NCBI RefSeq assembly: GCF_963921235.1
Contig: NC_086097.1
Location: forward strand, 149,174,001 to 149,238,000
Reading direction: 5' to 3'
DNA length: 64,000 nucleotides
From: Mobula hypostoma
Lineage: Eukaryota
This document shows, one piece after another, positions 39,901 through 51,900 of the stretch (its first letter is position 1; each line of letters opens with the position of its first letter). The notes under the pieces were generated by a model. That model was not told the DNA's origin and made no database searches. It saw only the letters and a list, made by a program, of their open reading frames with translations. A program made the position numbers and the translations under genes.

Positions 39901-42900
39901 TGTTTCAGAGCGCTATCTTACATCAGAACTAAAGATGAGGCATTCTAGATAAGGTTTTAAATTAGATTAGATATTGACTTTGCAGGAGAGGCCTGTGAGT
40001 GGTAGTAGATGGTTGCCTGTGTGACTGAAGGCCTGTGACAAGTGCTGTGCTGCAGGGGTATGTGCTGTGCCTGATGTTGCTTGACCTCTGCATCAGTGAT
40101 CTGGATGATAATGTGCTAAACTGCATCAGCAAATTTGTGAATGACACCAAGATTGGGTGTGTCGTGGACAGCGAGCAAGACTATCAAAGCCTGCAGTAGG
40201 ATCTGGACCAGCTAGAAAAATCAGCTGAAAAATAGCAGATGGAATTAATTGCAGACAAGTGTGAGGTGTGCCCTTTGGGAGAACCATCCAAGGTTAGTCT
40301 GGCACAGTGAGTAGTAGGCCATTAAGGAGTGTGGTAGAACAGTGGGATTTGGGAATACAGATTCATAATCTCTTGAAAGTGGTATCACAGGCAGGTAAGG
40401 TTATAAAGAAAGCTTTTGGCACATTGGCCTTTATAAATCAATATATTGAGTACAGGAGTCAGGTTGTTATGTTGAAATTCTGTGCAATATTGGTTAGTGC
40501 TAATTTGGAGTACTGTGAACAGTTTTGGTCACCCACCTGCAGGAAAGATGTAAATAAGATTAAAAGAGTACAGAGACAATTAACAAGGATGTTGCTGGAA
40601 CCTGAGGACCTGAGTTATAGGGAAAAGTTGAATAGGTTAGGACTTTATTTCCTAGAACTCAGAAGATCGAGAGGAAACTTGGTAGTAGTATAACAAAATT
40701 ATGAGGGGTATAGATAGGGTAAATACAAACAGACTTTTTCCACTAGGTTGTATGGGACTACAACTAAGGTCACGGGTTAAGGCTGAAAGGTGAAATGTTT
40801 AAAAGGAACATGAGGAGGAGTTTCTCCCATTCCCCCTCCCACTTTCAAATCTCTTACTAGCTGTTCTTTCAGTTAGTCCTGACGAAGGGTCTGAGCCCGA
40901 AACGTCGACTGTACCTCTTCCTAGAGATGCTACATGGCCTGCTGTGTTCACCAGCAACTCTTATGTGTGTTGCATGAGAAGGAGTTACTTTACTTAGAGG
41001 GTGGGGCAGTATGGAATGAGCTGGATTGGGTTCGATTTCAACATTTAAGAAAAATCTGAATAAGTATATGGATGGGAGGGATATGGAGGCCAATGGTCCA
41101 GGTGCAGGTCAAGGGGACTAGGCAGATTAATGGTTCAGCGTGGGATTGAAGGGCTGAAGGGCCTGTTTCTGTGCTGTAGTGTTCTGTGACTCTCTTTGCT
41201 AAATAGGCTTTCACATTTATAATCTTCTTGTTGGATAGCATCCTTGCAAATAAATAAACCATAAATTAGAAGTGATTATAATAACAGCAGATTAACGAAT
41301 TTTAATACAACTTTTGGTGGATGAATTCCAGTGTTGTAGAACCAGACAGATCTCTGGTTTATCACACTCAGAAAGCTGTAAGCTAACTCTGTAGCTGCGA
41401 TTCTGCTGAAGTGTGAGCAGGATGCAAAGTGGGGAGCTCTGGAACTTGGATGCTGGCCATTTAGATTAGCCAAGCCCTATTTGTATAAACTTGCCTGCAC
41501 TCTGACCAGACCTGCTAATTCCCCACTGAGTGGGAACAGGAAGCTGCACCAACAATCTAAGTGAGCAGACCTTTTCAGTTATTGGGAGGATAAGCAGCCC
41601 TGATACAGGTTAGGGGAAGAGTGAAGCCTAGAATATTGGAAGCCCAATGCTACCACGTGGATTCAAAAGAAACATTTTTTTCTTAAACACGAGAGAATGT
41701 GCAGATGCTGGAAATCCAAGGCAAAACACACAAAATGCTGGAGGAACTGAACAGATGAGGCAGCATCAATGGAAATGAATAGTCAACGTTTTGGACCGAG
41801 ACCCTTCATCAGGACTTCATTTTTTCTTTTCTTTCTGCTTCATAAAGGTCCTAAATTCTTAATCTCATTTGACGGTCACTCCCGATCTCTTCTCTCCCCC
41901 CCTTTTTTTTCTCTCTCTCTCTCTCCCCTCTATCTCCCCCTCTCCCTCCCCCCCCCCTCTCTCTCACTGTCCCATCCCAACAATGAATAGGTGCTACCAG
42001 ATAGGTAGAGCTGGAGCCAGTCATCTTTTTTCTAAACCTGCCGTAGATTTTGTTGTTAGTTGCTGACAAGGAATTGCCTGCGCCATCTCAACATTCTCAG
42101 ATTTATTTGACAGTAATTCAGAAGGAAGGGAAGGGAAGCAAGCAGCATGTGTTCACGATCAACTCCCAACAAATGTCCCACCCTGCACAGCTGCTGGATG
42201 TGGCTGCAGATAGTCAAGAGGACCTGAATGACTGGGTCGCCAAGATCCGCGAAGCAGCACAGAATGCAGATGCGAGGGTAAGTGAAAGGTGTTGGGAAAA
42301 TCTTTGTTTGGTAACCTCCTGCAGGCTTATAATCCTCCAAGAACTCTGCATTACATGATTTTAGCCCCCTCGACTGCAGATGCTGGAATCTGGAGGAAAA
42401 GAAAAGACAAAACTGCTGAAGGAATTCAGCACCTATGGAGGGAAATGGACAGTCAACATTTCAGATGGAGACTCTTCATCTGGCTCGTTAATAGTGCCTT
42501 AATCTGAAATGGCCTTTTCAAATAGTGAGTGCCATCTTACTGCAGAATGTAAACCACGATTTGTGTACTTAAAGAAACATAGATGTATTGAAGGACATAA
42601 ATGAAGACACTGAATTGGAGGAAGTGGATTTAAAATGAACAGTCCTCATGCAACACTGAAGGTTAGAAGATTTAGAATGTGCATGAGTGATTGATGTTCC
42701 TGGCCGTTGAGGCCAGGGTGATTGACCTCCTTAAAAATGATCTGAATATATCTGATTGTGAATGGTCAGGCAGCATCTATGGAAAGGAATAAACAGCAGA
42801 CATTTTGGGCTGAAACCCTTCATCTCATCTGTTTAAATTCTGCTTCATAGATACTGCCAGATTTTCTGAGTTCCTCCAGCATTCTGTGTGCATTGCTCAA

Positions 42901-45900
42901 TATTTCTAGCATCTGCAGAATTTCCTGTGCATCTGACAGTGAATAGTGTTGTTTGGTATTGACTATAATGGTCAGGTATTTCATTAGGATATTGTAATCC
43001 TGGGAATTGTAGCTTGCTTGGCGGATATTGTGCTTGAACTTTGGCAGGGGAAGACTCAGCCATATTTCCTTACTTGTAGGAGGCTGCTTGCAAATTATTG
43101 GTGAACTGCGAGCTTTCAAAATGTTGAATTCTGAGGCTGTGTAACCTGTCGAGGCTCAGTGAATAGGATTGTCACTTGGGTAACGGAGAATGGGCAGAGG
43201 TTGTGAACTGTTTCCCAGAATGTCAAATCCGATAAGGCAGGATAATTAGTTTTCACTCTAATGGGGTAGCTGTCACAACCAATATCAACAGCATTAATTA
43301 CCCCTTCATCATCTATGGGTCTACTTGGAACACTGTAGCTTGTGTTGTGGATGACTTTTTCCTCTTTGAAACAGATGCAGGAAGGAAAAATAATGGAGAG
43401 GCGAAAGAAGATTGCACTGGAATTGTCGGAGCTGGTCGTCTATTGCCGCCCGGTCCCTTTTGATGAAGAAAGTAAGTTTGATCTGCTGCATTTGCCCACT
43501 TAGATGGAAACAATCTATTTTCTTTACGTATCTTATTGCAAGTTGCTTGGTTAGATTAATTTCCCTTTAAATTAGAAACAAAAAAATCATAGACAAGTAT
43601 CTCATACAATATGGGCGATCTAAAACAATATCAATGGGGCTCACAATTCATATCTGAACTATCAGTAGATTTACCTACCACCTACCACCCCATCAGCCTC
43701 CGCAAACAATATATCATCCTTCACAACTTCTGCTATCTCTAAATGGATCCCACCCTGAATGTACCTTTACCTTCCCACTCCTCTCTGCTGTCTGCAGGGA
43801 TCGCTCCCTCCCTGACACCCTTGTCCATTCGTCCCTCCCCACTAATCTCCTTCCAGGCACTTAACCCTGCAAGCGTCCTAAATGCTACATCAGCCCATAC
43901 ACCTCCTTCGCCTCCGCTCAGGGCCCCAAACAGTCCTTCCAGGTGAGGCCACACTGCACCTGCGAATCTGCTGGGGTCGACTATTGCGTCCAGTGCTTGC
44001 GATGTGACTCCCTGTGCTTTGGTGAGACCCGTTGTACGTTTGTAGATTGGGGGAATGTTTGGTCACGCAGCTCCACCCCGTCCGCCACAAGCGGAACTTC
44101 CTGGTGGCCAAACAGTTTAATTCTGATTCCCATTCCGACATGTCGGTCTTTGGCCTCCTCTTGTGCCAAGATGAAGCCACCCTCAAGGTGGAGGATCAAT
44201 GCCTTCTATTCAGTCTGGATAGCCTCCAACCTGATGGCAAGAATATTGATTTCTCCTCCGGTAAAAAATCCCCCCCCTCAATTCTCCACTCTTACCCCCT
44301 ATGTCCTCTCATTGTAAACAAACTGTGTAAACTCAGATAATAAATAAATAGCAATAAATAACAAGCATGAAATAACAAGATAAAGAGTCCTTAAATGAGT
44401 GTAGTTATCCTCTTTTGTCCAAGAGCCTGTTGGTTAAGGGGTAGTAACTGTTCTTGAACCTTATTCAGTATTTTATCCATATTGGATTTTCAGCCCTGAA
44501 AGCTTTTGAGACTGACACCATCAGTGTGCTCTTGGAGATACTGGATTCCCTTCCTGACCATAAAATGGTATTATCTTAATATCTTTCTATAACGGAAACT
44601 ACTTAAGTATCAGGCTGGCACCCAAACTGCCAAAAGCACAACATGAATGGGCTGGGAATTGACACATGGGTAGGAGTAGGGCTGAGGAGCTCTTCACAAC
44701 TCATGTTTTCGGTATCATTTTTAATTTTCAGAGCTTGTCTTTTTTTTGCACATTGGTTGTTAGTTTTTGTTCATGTGTGACTTTTCATTAAGTCTATTGT
44801 ATTTCTTTTCCTGTAAATGGCTGCAAGAAAACATATGTCAAAGTGGTATTTGGTAGCATATACATATTTTGATAATAAGCTTGCTTTGAATTTTGAACTT
44901 TAAGCATTCTTGGGGAACGTTGGGGGAACCTTGTTCTGCTCACTCCAGTGTTTTGCCTACACTTGGTGTGCTTTGTGTTGATGGTGAGCATTTAAACCAG
45001 TGGTCTTCATCTGTCCAGAACACCTGATGATCACAAAATTCTCTAATTCATCAATCAACAATGGCTCACTCCGCTGCACTGTTAAATTTTGTCAGAAACA
45101 GCTCTTAACACATGTAAGTGTAGTTACTCCAATGTCTTTGTGATGTTACATTCTGAAAAATAAATTTCCAACCAATGAATAAGTTGTTTTCTGTTTCAGG
45201 TACTCCGAAGTTGTCAATAAATGCTTAAGGGACCAGTCTTTCTTTATTCTTAGGTAGACCCTTGGGTCTGTGGTTTCCAAGTTGGGGTGATATGGCCAAA
45301 ATGTAACCCCCTGAACCTCTCTCAGATGGTCCAGGAGTTGCTTAGTGAGGCAAGTGAGCAGCTAGTTTGTGAGGTAGTGTACTCCTAGTGACATTTGTTG
45401 TGGACTCCTGCATGGTCCTCCAGGTTCTCAATGCTAACCAGAATGCTCCTTCTCTGGTTTGAGTGATCCTGGTTCAAGGAGTCCCAGGAATCAGTGGAAG
45501 TGTTGCACTTTTTAAGGAGACTTAGAATATCCAACATATCTGTGAACCTCTCCCTCTATCTGCCTGGTAATCTCTTGCTGTGACAGAGCTCAGAATGGAG
45601 CGTTTGTTTGAAGAGACTATAGTCAGGCACCACGTAAAGTATACTATTTTAGAGGACATTGGCCTCCATTTCGTTCTCTTGCATCTGGATTTGGTGAATT
45701 TTGCAGTGATAGCATTTGTGCAATACTAGTAATACACCTTGTCTCAAAAGCAGGTAGCAAAACTTTATTCCACGGATAAGCATAAGAATCAATGGAAAGA
45801 AGAACTGCTGCATTTGCTTTACCTGCTATTAATTCGTGGTTCCTCACTGACATTGTATTATTTGTCTGCAGAGATTGGAACAGACAAGGCCTGTTACAGA

Positions 45901-48900
45901 GACATGTCGTCCTTCCCTGAAACAAAGGCAGAGAAATATGCCAACAAGAGTAAAGGCAAGAAGTTCCTTCAGTACAACCACCGGCAACTGAGCCGTGTAT
46001 ACCCCAGGGGACAACGTCTGGATTCTTCCAACTATGACCCACTGCCCATGTGGATCTGTGGCAGCCAACTGGTGGCCCTCAACTTCCAGACACCAGGTAT
46101 CCTTGCTGCAACAAGCTACAGAAGAGAGTATTTAATCACAACCAAAACCAGAGGAGACAAGGCTCCAGTTCCATCCACACACACAACTCACCAAGGATCA
46201 CGTTGTCTCAATCATTTGCTGACGTTCCTTAACAGTAACTCAGCTCTGATTCAAAAAGTCCATGGTTCAGATTTCTCAGTTTTAAATACTTGATTTGTTA
46301 AGTTTGGGAAAACCCTTCAAAACCTCTCCCGTGAGCCACGAGATCCATGGAAACTTGGTTGTGTGGATTCAGAATTGGTTTGCCCACAAAAGGCAGAGGG
46401 TTGTAGTAGATAGAGCATATTCTACCTGGGGTCAGTGTCTAGTAGTGTTCCACAGGATTCTGCTCTGGGACCCTTGCTTTTTGTGATCTTTATGAATGGC
46501 TTGGTTGAGGAGGTGGAAGGGTGGGTTAGTAAATTTGTAGATGACATGAAGGTTGGTAACGTGGATAGTGTAGCAACTTGTTGTAGGCTGCAGTGGAATA
46601 TAGACATGATGCGGAGCTGGGCTGAGAAGTAGCAGATGAAGTTCAATCTGGAAAATTGTGAAATGGTGCATTTTGAAAGATTGAGCTTGAAGGTGGTGTA
46701 CAATATCCATGGCTGGACTTTCTGTAGTCATTCTTAACAGGGAGATCTTGGGGTCTAAGTCCATAGATCTCTCAAATTTGCCACACATGTTGATAGTGTG
46801 GTTAAGAAGGCAGATTACATGTTGATCTTCATTAATGGGATTTGAGTTCAAGAGCTCTGAGTTATGTTGCAGCTCTGTAAAACCCTGGTTAGGTTGTACT
46901 TGGAGTATTGTGTTCAATCTGATCACCTCGTTCTAGGAAGGATATGGAAGACTTAAGAGAGGATGCAGAGAAGCTTTACCAGGTTGCTGCCTGGATTAAA
47001 GAATCTGTTTCATGAGAAAAGTTTGAGAGAACTAGGGCTTTTCTCTTTGGAGTGAAGCAGGATGAGAGGCAGTTTGATAGATCTGTATAAGATTACAAAA
47101 GCATAGATAGCGTGGGGGGGAAATTTATGGGCCATCAGTTTAAGGTGGGTGGAGGAAAATTTAGGGGAGATGTCAGAGTAGGTTGTTACACAGAGAGTGA
47201 TGGTGCCTGGAATGCATTGCTGGGATTGGTTACAGAGGCTGATAAAACGGGGGCCCTTCAGAGACTATTAGATAGGCACATGGATGTAAGAAAAATGGAG
47301 GTCTATGGGTTATGTAGGAGGGAAGGGTTATATTGATCATGGAGTAGTGTGAGAATGTGTCATACTGTGCTTTACTGTTATATGTTTTATGTCATAAATT
47401 CAAAAGTATTTTCAGAACTTGTTCAAACACTTCAAAAGAAGAGCAAAAGTTTCCAGCACTGAGTTCCAAGTGTCTCTGATCTAGAACATTAATGGTCTCA
47501 TGTATATTATTTTATATACTTAGTGGGTTCTTGTTGACATGGTGCAACGTGCCCAGTGCAAACAAAATCAGTATGTTACATTGCCTACTGGAGAAATACT
47601 TTAGATCTGTGAACCGTTAAGGTTTTTACTGATGTGCTATAATTGGAATATATATCTCAAGAGACATTGTAAGAGACAGTTGCAATCAAACCTGATACAC
47701 TAAGTGTTTGTAACCTCCGAGTTATGTTCAAATACAAGTTGTTTCCCGATCTGCAATCACTTAATGGCAATGAGTGCAGAGCCTATACTCACCTGCACCC
47801 AATCATTTCACCCACACTAGCATTGTCTTGAGGCTCTTAAAAATCAGGACATGCAAATTTCTGTGACCAAGATTATCTTAATTCAATGTCTGCTTAATCA
47901 TCCCTGCCTTAGACACATTCTCATTCTCTGTGCTTATTATAACAAATTAAGTAGTTTTAGGTTTAGTCATTGTCATAGAAAAACAGTGGCTAATCTGCAC
48001 ACATCAAGCTTTCAAAACAGGAATGCAATAACAATCAACTACCTTTCTCTGATCATGTTAATTGAAGGTTAAATAATGGGCAAAAAATTAGGAGAATTAC
48101 CTGTTCATATTTAAAAATGTGTCATGGGATCTTTTGCGCCATCTGAAATGACAGACACAGGGCTCAGTTTAAAACCAATTTTAGGGCAACTTTATTTTTG
48201 TTAATCGTAATTGAAAAAAAAAATTTGCTGTTTCTATTAATATTTTTACCTGTGGGGAAAATGCAAATTGGTCAATTAGATAATGAAGACTATTTATTTT
48301 CCAATTATTGTGTAAGGTAGTGCTTTCGAGATCGGAAACATTTGGAGACACTCTCCTCCAATCAAAACCACTATCACGCAATATCAGGAAGGTGGGGACA
48401 GTTCAAGACAGCAGAAGGAATATGCCCCACTTCATTTGGCAATTGTATTTGTGACATTTTTTGCACCATTTTCTCAACATTAGGGTGTTTTTCATAGTTC
48501 TGGATGCATACTCAATATTAGACTGCTACTCCCTCTCCTGGATTTTCTGGTAATTACAGCATTTTTTGGCAGGGTTAACAGCTTATGGGTTAGCATTTAA
48601 GACTGGCCTACTACACACTATAAATGACTCTAACACAGCCTTCAGTTTTTACTACTCATTCGCATTTATCTAATGACTGAAAAGATTCTGTAATTTTACT
48701 CTGAGCTGAAGTTGCATCAGGGCTGTTTCTGCGGGAAAGGTCTTAAGTCTACGCAGTAATCGTCTGAGTTAACTGGCCTGGGTTACACCGAGTGGACTGA
48801 TCTGCTTTTTCTGGTTATTTGGGATATTTCAGTTAGACTGAGCAATTCTAGGCTAGGCAGAAGATTGAAGCTGATTGGAGATCAGCTCCCAGTGCAATTT

Positions 48901-51900
48901 CGAAAGATATTTTTAGTGGTCAGTGGATAAAGCCATTTAAACAATAAATTTCTAAGTCCAAAGTTTTATTGGCAAAGTACATGTATGTCATCATATACTA
49001 CGCTGAGATTCATTTTCTTGTAGGCTTTCACAGTAAATACGAAGAAACACAATAGAATCAATGAAAAACTGCCCACTAGACAGACAAACAACCAATGTGC
49101 AAAAGACAAGCTATGCAAATACAAAAGAAAAAAACAAATAAAATTATTATTAATAATAAATAAGCAATAAATATCAAGAACATGAGATGATGAGTCTTCG
49201 AAAGTGAGTACATAGGTTGTAAGAACGGTTCAGTGATGGGGCGGGTGAAGTTGAGTGAAGTTATCCCTTCAAGTTCAAGAGCCCGATGTTTGAGGGTTAA
49301 TAGCTCCAAGATGTGAAGATCTGCAGATGCTGGAAATTCAAGTAACACACACAAAATGCTGGTGGAATGCAGCAGGCCAGGCAGCACCCATAGGAAGAGG
49401 TACAGTCGACGTTTCGGGTGGAGACCCTTTGTCAGGACTAACTGAAAGAAGAGATGGTAAGAGATTTGAAAGTGGGAGGGAGAGGGGGAGATCTGAAATG
49501 ATAGGAGAAGACAGGAAGGGGAAGGATGGAGCTAAGAGCAAGAGAAAGCAGGATCTCCCAGTGACCGCATATTTTAATTCCACATCCCATTCCTATTCTG
49601 ATATGTCATTCCATGACCTCCTCTACTGTCAAGATGAAGCCACACTCAGGCTGGAGGAACAACACCTTATATTCCGTCTGGGTAGCCTCCAACCTGATGG
49701 CATGAACATTGACTTCTCTAACTTCCATTAATGCCCCATCTCCCCTTCTTACCCCATCCCTTATTTATTTATTATTCCCTCCCCCCTTTTTTTCCTTTCT
49801 CTTTTTTCACTCTCTATCCCTCTCGTAATCACTCCTTGCCTACTCTCCATCTTCTTCTGGGCTCCTCTCCCCCTTTCTTTCTCCCTAGGCCTCCCGTCCC
49901 ATGATCCTTCTCCAGCTCTGTATCCCTTTTGCCAATCAACTTTCCAGTTCTTAGCCTCATCCCTCCCCCTCCTGTCTTCTCCTATCATTTTAGATCTCCC
50001 CCTCCCCCTCTCAAATCTCTTACTATCTCTTCTTTCAGTTAGTCCTGACGAAGGGTCTGGGCCCGAAACGTCGACTGTATTTCTTCCTATGGGTGCTGCC
50101 TGGCCTGCTGTGTTCCACCAGCATTTTGTGAGGGTTAATAGCTGTTCCTGAATCTGAGTGGGTCCTGAGGCTCCTGTACCTCCTTCCTGGTGGCTGTAGT
50201 GAGAAGAGAGAATGTCCTGGATTGTGGGGATCCTTGACGATAAATGCTGCTTTCCTGCGACAGCTCACCTTGTAGTTGTGTCCAACATTGGGGAGGGCTT
50301 TACCTGCACCACTACGTCAAAGGTACACTGCTGTGCTTCTTTGTAATGGCACTTACGTGCTGGACCCAGGACAGATCCTCTGAAATGATAACACTGAAGA
50401 ATTTAAGGTGCTGACTCTCTCCACCTCTGATCCCCTGATGAGAACTGGCTCATGGAAATCTTGTTTCCTCCTCATGAAGTCAATAATCAGCTCTTTGGTT
50501 TTGCTGACATTGAGTGAGAGATTGTTGTTGTGACACCACTCAGCTAGATTTTCAATCTCTTTCATATACTCCTATTCATCACCACCTTTGATTTGGTCAA
50601 CAACAGTGGTGGTGTCAGCAAACTTGAATACGCATGGCCATACAGTCATAAGTGTAGAGCAGAAAATTAGGCACACAGCCTTGTGACTCACCTGTGCTGA
50701 AGGAGATGTTGTTGCCAATCCAGACTAACTGGGGTCTGTAAATGAGGAAATCAAGGATCCATTTGCATAAGAAGGTACTGAGGCCCAGGTCTTGCAGCTT
50801 ATTGATTAGTTTTAAGAGGATGATGGTATTGAATGCAGGGCTATAGTCAATGAAGTGCATCCTGATGTAGGCATCTGTCCAAGTGTTCCAGGGTTGAGTG
50901 AAGAGCCAGTGAAATGGCATCTGCTGTTGACCTCTTATAACAGTCCGCAAATGGAGTGGATCTAAATCATTCCCCAGGGAGGAGTTGATATGTTTCATGA
51001 CCAACCTCTCAAAGCACTTAATCACACTGAATGTGAGTGCTGTTGGACAATAGTCATTGAGACAGGTTACCACGTTCTTTTTGGGAAAGCAAGAGGTTAA
51101 ACATCATCAGTGAATACTCCAGCTGGTTAATCAGCAGAGGTTTTTAGAACTCGGCCAGGTACCCCATCTGCACCAGATGCTTTCCGTGGGTTCACCCTCC
51201 TGAAAGATGCTCTCACGCCACCCTCAGTTGTCCAGTAGGATAGTGGTACACTCAATGGCCTCTCGGGGCCAACCAAAGGTGTCTTTGTCTTTTTTATGAT
51301 CGCAAGATAATGCTGGACATTAAGAACTTCAAGTAGGCTGTTTCTTATTTGCTGATCGCAGTACTCAATATCTTGAGTGCTTGCTTAACATTGGTCTTTG
51401 GCAGTATGTAAACTGCAATCAGGATCATGGAGGAGAACTCTCTCCATCAGTAGAATAGACATTACTTAATCATTAGATGTTCCAGGTCAGGAGAACAAGA
51501 GTGCAACGAGACCGCTACGTCTGAGCACAACAAAGAAATTATCATGAAACGTAGACGCCCCCCCCACCTCTTCCCTTTCCCAAATGTTCTGCAGATTGAT
51601 CCGTTAAGTAGATCGAGAGCACCTCAGGCAGGACCACCACGTCCAGCGTGTCTTGAGTGAGTCATGTCTCTATGAAACACAGGACATAACAATTCCTCAT
51701 TTCCCTCCAATACCACAATCTTGTTCTTAGGTCCTCAGTCTTCTTTTCCAGTGACTGTACAGTTGCTAACAAGATACCGGGTAGAGGAAGTTTTACACCC
51801 CACTGTTTTAGTCTGGCTTGAAGTCCTCCCCTGCCGACCTCTCTTCCAACCATGGTAATGTACTTTCATCTGCTCAAAAGTGCTATGCCTTCATTCCCGA

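Larger units (their letters stand above)
38460..41190 (+). mobile_element. Rearranged CR1: 5'UTR piece at 38460, RT to 3' end 39186-41190, with several inserts
   Basis: 5'UTR shared with 58500; [45 protein letters not shown]1 3' end. Confidence 0.8.
49306..50128 (+). mobile_element. 5'-truncated Penelope-like element: inverted pLTR + GIY-YIG C-terminus + pLTR
   Basis: [41 protein letters not shown]; 49320-49535 is the reverse complement of the 3' repeat; perfect 15-bp TSD tgagggttaatagct at 49291-49305 and 50129-50143. Confidence 0.92.

Noticed and set aside
45739..46293. 184-aa ORF as a standalone gene
   Set aside because: Only 45872-46096 is a PLCG exon; the flanks are intronic read-through
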